DNA of 64,000 nucleotides from Thermoanaerobaculia bacterium (GCA_035593605.1 DAOSWS010000016.1:18672-82671), one strand, 5' to 3'. Positions 29,332 to 40,434 are shown, numbered from the stretch's first letter. The notes: a model not told the origin generated them from the letters alone. A program made the numbers and translations.

Positions 29332-30039
29332 TTAAGCGACCACAGAGGGTCGTATAAAGCCTTTCACTTGAGCCCCGAAGGGCGGCCGGATAAAGGTACG
29401 GATCGGAAGGATTGGACAGGAAAAGCTGCTCGGGTCTAACTGTCGAACAATCTCTTCCTTGGCCACGACCCATTGTATCGGTAAACCTGCCAGCTCGGCA
29501 AATTTCCTGGTAATGTGAAAGCCGTTGAGAACCACATCCGGGGTGGTTTCATCCATAAGATGGGTATTGGCAATGATCCCGGTCACCTTCAATCGGCTGG
29601 TCGCTTCTATGGACTGGATCATGGCGAGGTTTCCATCGATATCCGAAGTCCGGGGACGGGAGTGGTTCACGACCATCAAGAGTTCAAGGTCCAGGTTGTT
29701 TAAAACGTCGTGAAAGGATGAAAGAACCCTGCATCCGTCAGCATCTCCAGCCACATCCATCACAACCCTGGATGATCCATTCTGCAGCACACCCCGAATT
29801 TCCGGCATGACAATCGGAAGATCGGCATATACTCTCTCCCCGGAAGGAATAATCATGGAGACTCCGGTGGAGACAAGAAAATTTCTTACCATACGGGATC
29901 GAAAGAAGGGTTTGACGATATCCAGATCAACGAAATAAACATCATTCTCAATCTCATTTTCTTTCAGCGCAAGATTAATCCCAATCTCAGATTTTCCGCT
30001 TCCAAAATGTCCGACCAGGATCGAAACGCGCGTAAGCAT
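29332..30039 (-). CDS. P-loop NTPase (SIMIBI-like), first gene of the kor operon
   Basis: Walker A GHFGSGKSE at residues 10-18, VDLDIVKPFFRS switch-like segment, DVAGD Walker-B-like motif. Exact family not recognised. Confidence 0.7.
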   Translation of the reverse strand: MLTRVSILVGHFGSGKSEIGINLALKENEIENDVYFVDLDIVKPFFRSRMVRNFLVSTGVSMIIPSGERVYADLPIVMPEIRGVLQNGSSRVVMDVAGDADGCRVLSSFHDVLNNLDLELLMVVNHSRPRTSDIDGNLAMIQSIEATSRLKVTGIIANTHLMDETTPDVVLNGFHITRKFAELAGLPIQWVVAKEEIVRQLDPSSFSCPILPIRTFIRPPFGAQVKGFIRPSVVA

Positions 30040-30157
30040 CCGGTCACCTTACCATACCGGGGGGTAAAATTCAATTCGCCGACTCCGGTGTTTCAAGAAT
30101 TCAAAGGACCCGCACGGCATAATGTTAATGTCTCTAATTACAATTGTTAGAATATAT

Positions 30158-30176
30158 CTTATAGATGCACTATAAG
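30158..30176. promoter_or_regulatory. 7-bp inverted repeat CTTATAG-N5-CTATAAG in the AT-rich divergent intergenic region
   Basis: cttatagatgcactataag read directly. It is followed by a related half-repeat (atctatgcacactat). It lies about 30 nt upstream of the groESL -35 box. Confidence 0.5.
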
Positions 30177-30204
30177 ATCTATGCACACTATCACCTACGC
30201 CCCC

Positions 30205-30233
30205 TTGACATGAAAATATAAAATCACTATCCT
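30205..30233 (+). promoter_or_regulatory. sigma70-type groESL promoter
   Basis: -35 TTGACA (30205..30210), 17-nt spacer, -10 TATCCT (30228..30233). CIRCE starts 5 nt downstream. Confidence 0.5.
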
Positions 30234-30237
30234 TTGC

Positions 30238-30264
30238 TTAGCACTCACCCGGATCGAGTGCTAA
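30238..30264 (+). promoter_or_regulatory. CIRCE operator (HrcA binding site)
   Basis: TTAGCACTC-acccggatc-GAGTGCTAA, a perfect match to the CIRCE consensus TTAGCACTC-N9-GAGTGCTAA, directly upstream of groES. Confidence 0.9.
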
Positions 30265-30303
30265 CAAAATGAAAACCACTATCTGTTGAGAAAGGAGCAC
30301 GGT

Positions 30304-30600
30304 ATGAAAATGAAAGTCAGACCCCTCTATGACCGCATCCTGGTCAAGCGCCTCGAGCCCGAAGAGGAAATGCGTGGCGGAATCATTATTCCCGACACGG
30401 CAAAGGAAAAGCCGATGGAAGGTGAAGTCATCGCGGCAGGTTCCGGAAAGATGGATGAGAACGGAAAGAGGATTCCCCTGGATGTAAAGAAAGGGGATCG
30501 AATCCTTCTCGGCAAGTATGCCGGCACCGACATTAAGATCGACGGGGAAGATTACGTCATCCTGCGGGAAGATGAAGTCCTCGCCATTATTGAAAAGTAA
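30304..30600 (+). CDS. groES: co-chaperonin GroES
   Basis: Track ORF (TTG 30286) trimmed to ATG 30304, 6 nt after AGGAG (30293..30297). [37 protein letters not shown]. Confidence 0.95.
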   Translation: MKMKVRPLYDRILVKRLEPEEEMRGGIIIPDTAKEKPMEGEVIAAGSGKMDENGKRIPLDVKKGDRILLGKYAGTDIKIDGEDYVILREDEVLAIIEK

Positions 30601-32241
<1,641 letters not shown>

Positions 32242-32271
32242 TCGAACCTTCCCCACCTTACAGCTTTGCCC

Positions 32272-32299
32272 GGCCCCCTCGCCAGAGGGGGCCATTTTT
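32272..32299 (+). terminator. intrinsic terminator after groEL
   Basis: GGCCCCCTC-gcca-GAGGGGGCC followed by ATTTTTA. Confidence 0.8.
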
Positions 32300-32328
32300 A
32301 TGAGTCTTATCGCCGGATCTCAATTACT

Positions 32329-34845
32329 ATGACCCTGAACGCAGGGAGGAATCCCTCTGCTATAATTCTTTCCGTGCTTGTACTTATTGACGGCCACTCC
32401 AGCCTCTATCGCGCCTACTATGCGATTCGACATCTCTCCGCCAGGGACGGAACACCCACAAATGCCGTCTTCGGATTCGTTCAGATCCTCCATAAAATCC
32501 TGGATGATTTTTCGCCCGATCACTGCGGTGTAGCCTTTGACGTCGCCCGGAAAACATTCCGATCCGACCTCTACCCGCCTTACAAATCCACCAGGAAACC
32601 GATGCCGGACGATCTGCGCCCTCAGGTTCCCCTGATCAAGGAAATTCTGGGAGCCATGACCATTCCCGTTCTTGAAATGGAAGATTTCGAAGCGGATGAC
32701 GTGATCGCGACCCTGGCAACTCAGACGGCAGATCGTGGAGATCACGTTCTAATTGTGTCATCCGACAAGGATCTGATGCAGCTTCTCTCCAACAAAATTC
32801 ACCTCTATCACACATCCTGGGGGGAAGTCGTCACTCCGGCATCCTTTGAGGCCAGAATGGGATTTCCCTCATCGTGCATGACGGAATATCAGGCATTGTT
32901 GGGGGACAGCTCGGACAATATTCCCGGGGTCAGGGGGATTGGAGAAAAGGGGGCCCAGACCCTGATTCAGTCTTACGGAACCCTTGAGGAAATTTACAGT
33001 CACCTGGATGAAATCAAGGGTGCGACGGGGAGAAAGCTGGCCGAGGGAAGGGACCAGGCGTTTCTTTCCAGAGATCTGGCCACTCTGCGGAGAGACCTTC
33101 CCCTTTCGGTAGAAGAAGATGCCCTGGCCCTGACCCGTCCAGATATGGATGTCCTGAAGGAACTCTATTTACGCCTGGATTTCACCTCCCTCGCACGGAA
33201 ACTGGAGTCCTCCGAAACCCGTACAATCCGTGAGGTCGAAGGCCCCCCTGACTGGCGCGGAATCGACCATGCCGCCATCGTGAAAGACGGCAGCGAAATC
33301 TGTCTCTCACCATCCCCTGACATTCTTTACAGTTTTTCCAGAGACATCTGGAAGACCCAGGCCAATAAGGGGAACATCTCATGGATAACTTTTCACGCCA
33401 AGGACCTCTACGGTACGGTTTTGCATCCCAGAGAGTCCGGAGGTGTCCCCATTCACGACATCGAACTGATGGCCTATCTGCTCGATCCTGGACGGGCCGG
33501 ACTCGGGATAACCGATCTTGCGTCCCGCTACCTGGGACGGGGAGAGGTACACCATATCCCTCCCGTAATCCTGGAACTCTATCCGATTCTCCTGCATTCC
33601 CTCAAAGAGGAAGGACTTTTTGCTCTTTATGAAGAGATTGAGCTGCCCCTGATTTCCATTCTTTCGGCCATGGAGGCGGATGGTGTCTATGTCGACACTG
33701 GAATTCTCTATGAACTGGGAGACCGAATCGCAAAACAGATGGGAGAGCTTGAGAAGGAAATCTACGACCTGGCCGGACATCCCTTTAACATAAATTCGCC
33801 GAAACAATTGCGGGAGATTCTTTATGAGGAAATGGGTCTTCGGCCCTCCGGAGTAAAAACTGCGAAAACCAAACAGCTATCCACAGGAGAACAGGCTCTT
33901 CAGGATCTCATCAGCCGCGGCCACGCCTTTCCCGCCCTGATCCTGAAATACCGGGAACTTGCCAAATTAAGCGGAACCTATGTCGAACCCATTCCAAAAC
34001 TGCTGGATTCCCGCGGACGCCTGCATACCACCTTTCACCAGACCACCACCGCCACCGGGAGATTATCTTCCTCAGATCCCAATGTCCAGAACATCCCGAT
34101 TCGTACAGAGCTGGGGAGGGAAATTCGCCGCGCATTTGCAGCTCCTCCGGGGAGGCTTCTTGTCGCCGCCGACTATTCCCAGATCGAACTCCGTCTCCTG
34201 GCCCACTTTTCAGAGGATCCCGTTCTCCTTGAGGCTTTCCGGCGAGGGGCCGACATCCATACGGCCACGGCCGCCAAGGTTTTTCATATAAGCGAAGAGG
34301 AGGTCACCCCGGATCTTCGACGACGGGCCAAGACGATCAACTTCGGTGTTCTGTACGGCATGAGCGCTCACGGATTAAGTACGCAGATGGGAATTTCAAG
34401 GGAAGAGGCCCAGGATTTCATTACGGCCTACTTCGAAGGATTTCCGGGGATTCGATCCTATCTCGATGGAGTAATGGAGGAAACCCGAAACACCGGCCTG
34501 GTCCGGACGCTGAAAGGACGATTACGCCGACTCCCGGAAATTCACAGCTCAAATTTCAATATTCGGTCCAATGCGGAGCGAATGGCCATCAACGCACCTC
34601 TTCAGGGAACGGCGGCGGATATTATCAAGATGGCCATGGTCAGGGTATGGAGGGATATCCTTCGGGACTCGCAAGATGTTAAGATGGTTCTCCAGGTACA
34701 CGATGAGCTCCTTCTTGAAGTCCCCGAATCAATCGCCGGGGAAATCGGGAAGAGGGTCAAGTCTATTATGGAGAGCGTCGTCACATTGCACGTTCCCCTT
34801 CAAGTGGATGTGGGTGTGGGCGCTCACTGGGAAGAGGTGAAATGA
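32329..34845 (+). CDS. polA: DNA polymerase I
   Basis: Track ORF starts inside the groEL terminator, so it was trimmed to ATG 32329. The 5'-nuclease N-terminus has LIDGHSSLYRAYYA. Polymerase motifs A DYSQIELR, B RRAKTINFGVLYGMS and C QVHDELLLE are present. Confidence 0.9.
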   Translation: MTLNAGRNPSAIILSVLVLIDGHSSLYRAYYAIRHLSARDGTPTNAVFGFVQILHKILDDFSPDHCGVAFDVARKTFRSDLYPPYKSTRKPMPDDLRPQVPLIKEILGAMTIPVLEMEDFEADDVIATLATQTADRGDHVLIVSSDKDLMQLLSNKIHLYHTSWGEVVTPASFEARMGFPSSCMTEYQALLGDSSDNIPGVRGIGEKGAQTLIQSYGTLEEIYSHLDEIKGATGRKLAEGRDQAFLSRDLATLRRDLPLSVEEDALALTRPDMDVLKELYLRLDFTSLARKLESSETRTIREVEGPPDWRGIDHAAIVKDGSEICLSPSPDILYSFSRDIWKTQANKGNISWITFHAKDLYGTVLHPRESGGVPIHDIELMAYLLDPGRAGLGITDLASRYLGRGEVHHIPPVILELYPILLHSLKEEGLFALYEEIELPLISILSAMEADGVYVDTGILYELGDRIAKQMGELEKEIYDLAGHPFNINSPKQLREILYEEMGLRPSGVKTAKTKQLSTGEQALQDLISRGHAFPALILKYRELAKLSGTYVEPIPKLLDSRGRLHTTFHQTTTATGRLSSSDPNVQNIPIRTELGREIRRAFAAPPGRLLVAADYSQIELRLLAHFSEDPVLLEAFRRGADIHTATAAKVFHISEEEVTPDLRRRAKTINFGVLYGMSAHGLSTQMGISREEAQDFITAYFEGFPGIRSYLDGVMEETRNTGLVRTLKGRLRRLPEIHSSNFNIRSNAERMAINAPLQGTAADIIKMAMVRVWRDILRDSQDVKMVLQVHDELLLEVPESIAGEIGKRVKSIMESVVTLHVPLQVDVGVGAHWEEVK

Positions 34846-36026
34846 AACGAACGCTTTTGATCGCCATGGTATGGATGAGCTTTCTGGCGGGAATCTACGC
34901 TCAGGAACCCTTTCGGGATGCTGACACGGCCTATAACAGCGGCAACTATTCCGATGCCCTGAAGCTGTACCAGCGTGTTGCCGTCACTTCGACGGATGAC
35001 GCCGTGCGCGCGGAAGCCTGGTTTCGATCGGGCTACTGTCAGTACGCCCTCGACAAAAGCCGGGACGCCATCACTTCCCTGGAAAACGCCCTGACCCTTA
35101 ATCCTCGCCTTCAGGCCGATGTAAATATTTATCCGCCCGGATTTGTCGAACTCTTTGAAATCGCCCAGCTCAGAAATAATCTTCTGGACCAGCAGAGTCC
35201 GGCCACCCTCGAATTTCCTTCCATCGATCTTCCCCGGGAAGAGGTTGCCCTCCCGGAAATCACCTTTCCTGATCTGGTGCTTGAACCTCTTCCTCTGTCT
35301 CAACACTCTCCCTTTTCTATTCCCCTGGATAAAAACCCGGAGCTCTTGGAGCGGGATTTTCCGGGAAGCATGGATATTTCCGGTGAAATCGTGGTCGCCT
35401 TTACCGTGGATCAGAATGGAACGATCCAAAACATCGGAACCGTTTTTTCCGACTTCCCGGTATATGACCGTGCCCTGCTCTCCTATGCCCGTTTAAAATG
35501 GAAAATCGAGCCGGGAACAAAGGGTGGAAGACCGGTCCCGTCCGTTGCAGCCTACCGCCTCCATCTATCCTCGAAATTAAAAGGGATCAAGATTATTCGC
35601 GCCAATGTCCGGCCCGTGCTGGAATCGGACCCCATACCCGATTTCATTCAGGAACGTTACGTACCCGAGGCAGATTCTCTTCCCGGTGGAAGCACCTTTC
35701 TGGGTCCGGAATCGCTGGACACCCCCACGGCTGTCAAACGTGTCAAGGTGAACTTTGACAGCATGGATACACGGGGAACATTTCAGGGCGTGGCCATGCT
35801 GAATGCTTCGGGGAAAATTGTCCAGTTCAGAGCAACCGAGGCTTCCATACCCGCAGCCATTCCCGCCCTCCGGGAGGTTCTTAAAACCTGGACATTTGCA
35901 CCATCGGGTGCCGGGGGCCGACCGGTCGCCAGCTATCTCATGGTTGACATCGAACTGCTCTACAGCCTTTCGGGTCCCGACCTGGAATCCTCCGAGAGAT
36001 CTACCATTACGATTCTTCCTCGATGA
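34842..36026 (+). CDS. secreted TPR + tandem TonB_C-like domain protein
   Basis: ATG overlaps the polA stop (ATGA). Signal peptide MKRTLLIAMVWMSFLAGIYA and a TPR-like N-terminus. There are two TonB-C-like segments (ISGEIVVAFTVDQNGTIQNI...; GVAMLNASGKIVQF...GGRPVASYLMVDI). Confidence 0.65.
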   Translation: MKRTLLIAMVWMSFLAGIYAQEPFRDADTAYNSGNYSDALKLYQRVAVTSTDDAVRAEAWFRSGYCQYALDKSRDAITSLENALTLNPRLQADVNIYPPGFVELFEIAQLRNNLLDQQSPATLEFPSIDLPREEVALPEITFPDLVLEPLPLSQHSPFSIPLDKNPELLERDFPGSMDISGEIVVAFTVDQNGTIQNIGTVFSDFPVYDRALLSYARLKWKIEPGTKGGRPVPSVAAYRLHLSSKLKGIKIIRANVRPVLESDPIPDFIQERYVPEADSLPGGSTFLGPESLDTPTAVKRVKVNFDSMDTRGTFQGVAMLNASGKIVQFRATEASIPAAIPALREVLKTWTFAPSGAGGRPVASYLMVDIELLYSLSGPDLESSERSTITILPR

Positions 36027-37264
36027 GGCTTCACAGCGATTCTCTCTCCTGCGGACTTCAGGTGTACCACCTGGAGGACCCGGCCGCAACGGCCGCAAGT
36101 GTTCAGGTCTGGTATCGTATCGGCTGTGCGCACGAGCCGGAAAACAAGAGAGGAATTGCCCATCTTCTGGAGCACATGATGTTCAAGGGAACGGATTCCG
36201 TGGGTCCCGAAGAGCATGCAAGGACGATCCAGAGGCTGGGAGGCCAGTCCAACGCCTTCACCACAGAAGACGTGACCGTCTACTTTCAGACGCTTCCCGC
36301 GGAACACGGGCTTCGGGCCATTCATTTGGAAGCCGACCGGATGACAAACCTGGCCTTTCCGGAGGGCCACTTTCTCAAAGAGCGGGGCGTCGTACTCGAA
36401 GAGTACAGTGAACGGATCCTTAACCAGCCCGTCACAAGAGCCCTCCAATCGATACGCAGAACCATCTTTCAGGGCCATCCCTATGCCATCGATCCGGCCG
36501 GAATCCCGGAGCAGGTCGAATCCTTTTCCCGGGAAGACCTGGCAGAGTTCTACCATCGTTACTACCATCCAGCCAATGCAACGCTGATCACAGCCGGGCC
36601 CCACTCCTTCCAGGTGCTCCGGGAAGCGGCCGAATCAGCATTTGATTCCCATCAACGACCGGGAGATCCCGCTCCGGACATCCCCCCCTTTCCGGAGAAT
36701 CCTCCGTCCCTCATCACCGATCGATCCCCCATTCGCGTCCACCTCCATTGCCGGGTGTACTATCTGTCCAGGAATCCGGAAAACTTCCATTCTCTTCAAG
36801 CCTTGAACCTTCTCCTTGGAGATGGAGAAACTGCCGTCATGAGACGGCGAATCGAACGAAAACGCATGGGAGTCATTCATGCCGGTACGTTTCACTACCC
36901 GACCCGTGCCGGCCATCTCTTCTTTGTCTACCTCGCTGTTCTCCCCTTTCTGGGATTCAGAAATGCCGCAGGAGAACTTTCCAGGATCATGGAGGGACCC
37001 ACGCCCTTTTCACCGAAAGATCTGGAAGAGATCCGGGGACGGATTCGCATTTCCCTGGCCTCCCAGCTTATGGGTACAGAAAAGAAGGCGACCCGCCTTG
37101 GAGATTGTGTTGTCATGCGAGATGATCCTGATGCTTTTTTTCGTGATGATGAAACCTTTTCGACTCTTTCCTATGACAGAATCCATGAGACCTTTCGCCA
37201 GCTCCAGCAGGCCCGCTGGACAACGATCAACCTGAAGGCCCGATGGTCACGCGCCGGCAACTGA
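36023..37264 (+). CDS. M16 (pitrilysin) family zinc peptidase, catalytic subunit
   Basis: Inverted zinc motif HLLEHMMFKGT (HxxEH). ATG overlaps the upstream stop (ATGA). Confidence 0.85.
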   Translation: MRLHSDSLSCGLQVYHLEDPAATAASVQVWYRIGCAHEPENKRGIAHLLEHMMFKGTDSVGPEEHARTIQRLGGQSNAFTTEDVTVYFQTLPAEHGLRAIHLEADRMTNLAFPEGHFLKERGVVLEEYSERILNQPVTRALQSIRRTIFQGHPYAIDPAGIPEQVESFSREDLAEFYHRYYHPANATLITAGPHSFQVLREAAESAFDSHQRPGDPAPDIPPFPENPPSLITDRSPIRVHLHCRVYYLSRNPENFHSLQALNLLLGDGETAVMRRRIERKRMGVIHAGTFHYPTRAGHLFFVYLAVLPFLGFRNAAGELSRIMEGPTPFSPKDLEEIRGRIRISLASQLMGTEKKATRLGDCVVMRDDPDAFFRDDETFSTLSYDRIHETFRQLQQARWTTINLKARWSRAGN

Positions 37265-38541
37265 ACTGGTCCCTGCTTTCTTCCGGTTCTTTCCTGATCA
37301 CCGCGGAATCGGAGTTTCCTCCCTGTTTCCAGATCGGTTTTCTCTTTCCTGCAGGGTCGGCAGATGAAGCCGTCGGACTGGAGGGTCTATCTCAGATTGC
37401 CCTTCCCCTTCTGGGAAGAGAAACGTTGCGTCATTCCCGTACAGAACTGCAGCGGAATCTCGATCGACTCGGCGCCATCGTGGACAGTGACACCATGGAA
37501 GAAACATCCATCGTCACCATGGTCTTCATGGAAGATCATGTGGATGAATGCCTGTCTCTTCTCAGGGAGATCCTTACCGAACCCACGGTTCAGAAAAGAG
37601 ATCTGGCCAGGGAGAAACGAAAGCTCCGTGCAAACTTCCAGATTCTGGATCAGGATCCCGACGTCGTAACTGAGGCCCATGCACGCACGGCCTATTTTGG
37701 TCCCGGCCATCCGCTCAGCCAGCAGGCCCGACCGAAAACAGTGGGGCGAATCAAGCTCCAGGACTGCAGACAGTTCTGGGAAATGCTGATGCGCCGGGGT
37801 CCTCTGGCTGTATTTTTCTCCGGTCCGGCTTCCCACGCCCGGCTTCGTGAACTCTATTGTCGATGGTTCGGGACCCTGCACACATCTTTCGGCTCGGCCA
37901 TTCTTCCTGCTCCACGGGCGGAGCCGACCCGTCGCCTGCTTCACAGACCGTCCCTCCAGCAGGCGGCACTTCATGCCATTATTCCCACGGTTCCGCGGAC
38001 CGAATCTTTGTACCTTCCTCTCCGCATCGGCCTCTATGCATGGCTGGAGGGCGGATTTTCCTCCAGGCTGATGACAAAGTTGCGGGTCGAACTGGGGGGC
38101 ACGTACGGGATTCACGGGGCCTATCACACTCTTCGTGATTGCGGGTTTTTCAGTCTTCAGACATCGGTCAACACAGCGATGCTTGAATCCGTGCTGACGA
38201 TTCTGTCCGAAGAATACACCCTCCTTCGTACACGAGGACTCAGCGATGCGGAATTTCAGGAAACGGTGGATTCGTTTATCCATGCCTTTCCACTCCTTTG
38301 GGACAGCACCCCGGAACTGGGATCCCACCTGCTGCGGCAGTATGCCCTGGGAGTCCCCCTGGAGACGGTTCTGGAATTTCCCGACAGAGTCCGGGCTTTG
38401 AAGCTGGAAGAGATTCAGAGGGCGCTTCAGGCTCTCCCCTCCACTCTTCCGATCCAGGTTGTAGCTGTTCCGAACGAATCCAATCTGCCTTCCTGTCTGA
38501 GCCACTACCGGAGACACCGATGGCTGGAATTCGCATCGTAA
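37243..38541 (+). CDS. M16 family peptidase-like protein lacking HxxEH (non-catalytic partner)
   Basis: M16 fold by colinearity with the upstream paralogue. The HxxEH position reads LSQIALPLLGRET. It overlaps the upstream gene by 22 nt. Confidence 0.75.
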   Translation: MVTRRQLNWSLLSSGSFLITAESEFPPCFQIGFLFPAGSADEAVGLEGLSQIALPLLGRETLRHSRTELQRNLDRLGAIVDSDTMEETSIVTMVFMEDHVDECLSLLREILTEPTVQKRDLAREKRKLRANFQILDQDPDVVTEAHARTAYFGPGHPLSQQARPKTVGRIKLQDCRQFWEMLMRRGPLAVFFSGPASHARLRELYCRWFGTLHTSFGSAILPAPRAEPTRRLLHRPSLQQAALHAIIPTVPRTESLYLPLRIGLYAWLEGGFSSRLMTKLRVELGGTYGIHGAYHTLRDCGFFSLQTSVNTAMLESVLTILSEEYTLLRTRGLSDAEFQETVDSFIHAFPLLWDSTPELGSHLLRQYALGVPLETVLEFPDRVRALKLEEIQRALQALPSTLPIQVVAVPNESNLPSCLSHYRRHRWLEFAS

Positions 38542-38593
38542 CGTCTGCCACAACACCCCGTCCCCCGGGGCACCTTCCGGATCGGGGCTGGAG

Positions 38594-39631
38594 ATGACAC
38601 CCCGGAATTGGAGAATCTTTCCCTTTGAACTCTTTATCCTCCTGAACCTGCTGGCCACCGTTCTTTTTTTGCGAATTCACGGGATCGGTCTGACGGTTCG
38701 GACATTCACGAATGTTGCAAAGGTCAGCCTTCCCCTCTTCCTGCTCTATATGGCGGCAGGGCTGCTTCTGACAATCGGCCTTGCAGCCATTCGGAAAGAC
38801 CTCGGGGATTATCTTCGAACCTTCTTCTCACCGACATCTCTTCTGGTTGCGGCCCGGATTCTACTCGGTGCCGTGATTCTCATGTACGGATATGTATGGA
38901 TCAAACTGACCATCCCTCTGACTGCGGCTTCCACCGCAGACCTCTTCCTGTGGAAACTGGACATCCGGGTTCACATGGGTCTCGCGCCCTTTGCTGCAGT
39001 TCCTGAACTCCTCCACCGTGCCGGCCTTCTTCACCTGATCGACCTCTACTACGGAAAAATCTATCTTCCCTCCGTTCTTCTGGTTTTTGGACTCTGTTCG
39101 GTCCACCGTGAAATCCGCTTTCGACTGGCTTTCGCCCTGGGATATGCGATTGTATGGGGCCTTGGAGGCTGGCTCTACCTGACCCTTCCTTCCATGGGAC
39201 CGTGTTATGAACGTCCGGCCCTCTATCAGGCCTATCAGGGAGAGCTGGCCATCTCCCGGAGCACACAGACCACGCTGAAGGACAACTATGACAGGGTGAT
39301 GAGAGCCCGAAAAACGGGGACCATAGAGAAGCCGTTCAATCCCGGGTATGGAATTGCAGCCTTTCCAAGCCTTCATGTGGCAGCTCACGCATTTTTCACT
39401 CTCCTGTTCTGGCGCCGGAGTCGCAGTCTTTCCATCCTCTTTTTGAGCATGACCTTTCTTACCTTTATCGGGTCCCTGGCTACAGGCTGGCACTATGCCG
39501 TTGATGGATACGCCGGGATCCTGCTGGCTGTCCTGGCCTGGTTCGCGTTCCGGATAGCCAGCGAAAAACGTGAGCAGTCCACTTCGCAGGCCGATGCCGA
39601 CTCCGGAAAAACCCGGGAACGGGCGTCATGA
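38594..39631 (+). CDS. polytopic membrane protein of the PAP2_C type (sphingomyelin-synthase/AUR1-like lipid phosphotransferase family)
   Basis: About 6-8 hydrophobic segments. Motifs AFPSLHVAAH and GWHYAVDGYAG resemble the SGH and HYxxD motifs of PAP2_C proteins. Confidence 0.65.
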   Translation: MTPRNWRIFPFELFILLNLLATVLFLRIHGIGLTVRTFTNVAKVSLPLFLLYMAAGLLLTIGLAAIRKDLGDYLRTFFSPTSLLVAARILLGAVILMYGYVWIKLTIPLTAASTADLFLWKLDIRVHMGLAPFAAVPELLHRAGLLHLIDLYYGKIYLPSVLLVFGLCSVHREIRFRLAFALGYAIVWGLGGWLYLTLPSMGPCYERPALYQAYQGELAISRSTQTTLKDNYDRVMRARKTGTIEKPFNPGYGIAAFPSLHVAAHAFFTLLFWRRSRSLSILFLSMTFLTFIGSLATGWHYAVDGYAGILLAVLAWFAFRIASEKREQSTSQADADSGKTRERAS

Positions 39632-39742
39632 TTCCAGGAGCGAATTCGTCTCCATGATGAACACAACATCCTGATACTTTCCCCGTTACGGCGTTATCCA
39701 CTGCTGATCAAACTGAGCTGGACCGTGGGCATGCTGCAGGGA

Positions 39743-39771
39743 TTGACAAAAATAACGTTAAGTATTAATAT
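39743..39771 (+). promoter_or_regulatory. candidate sigma70-type promoter of the TetR-RND operon
   Basis: -35 TTGACA (39743..39748), 17-nt spacer, -10 TAATAT (39766..39771). Confidence 0.45.
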
Positions 39772-39789
39772 TATACTGTTCAGCATAAT
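39770..39789 (+). promoter_or_regulatory. imperfect 20-nt palindrome, candidate TetR operator
   Basis: ATTATaCTGt.tCAGcATAAT (8 of 10 positions pair). It overlaps or abuts the -10 box, 34 nt upstream of the TetR ATG. Confidence 0.3.
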
Positions 39790-39822
39790 TTACACCCCAT
39801 TCATTCACACGGAGAACATACA

Positions 39823-40434
39823 ATGACACCCTTACTTCCGGAAACGGAAAAGCCATGGAAGCAGGTTCGGCGCCAGTTCATAATGGAGGCCGTCGTCCGA
39901 CTGCTGAACCGCGGTGAAGTGAATTCTCTCACGATGGATCGGGTGGCCGAAGAAGCGGGGATAACCAAGGCGACGATCTACAGCTACTTCAAGGACAAAG
40001 ACGAGATGCTCTCCATGGCGAAAAACGAATCGATGCAGCCGTTAAAGGAAGCGATTCAGGAGATCTTCTCCAGCGACCTCTCCCCGGAGACAAAACTGGA
40101 TTACATTGCCACAAGGTTTCTTTCCTACTGCGACCGGAACCGCGAGGTTCTCCGGGTCCTCCACATGGAAGGTTTGAAGGCTCCATCTCACAAGTACAGG
40201 GACAATGAGTACCTCGGGTTCATCGAAAACATCGTCCACATCATTGAGGAAGGCGTCCACAGGGGAATATTCCGGCCTCTCGACCCCCGCGGACTGGCTT
40301 ACTTCTTCGTGGAGTCTCTCACCGGTGTCGTCACTTACAGGATCAACATCGGGGACACGACCCCGGTAGAAGAGACGGCCCGTCTCTTTCTGGAGGTCTT
40401 TTTCCACGGCGCTATGCCCCGGGCCGACGCTTAG
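39823..40434 (+). CDS. TetR/AcrR family transcriptional regulator
   Basis: HTH LTMDRVAEEAGITKATIYSYFKDKDEML. GGAGA lies upstream of the ATG. Confidence 0.9.
   Translation: MTPLLPETEKPWKQVRRQFIMEAVVRLLNRGEVNSLTMDRVAEEAGITKATIYSYFKDKDEMLSMAKNESMQPLKEAIQEIFSSDLSPETKLDYIATRFLSYCDRNREVLRVLHMEGLKAPSHKYRDNEYLGFIENIVHIIEEGVHRGIFRPLDPRGLAYFFVESLTGVVTYRINIGDTTPVEETARLFLEVFFHGAMPRADA

Noticed and set aside
37387-38658. 423-aa minus-strand track ORF
   Set aside because: It is antisense to the second M16 peptidase-like gene, which has family colinearity. The antisense product has no motif.
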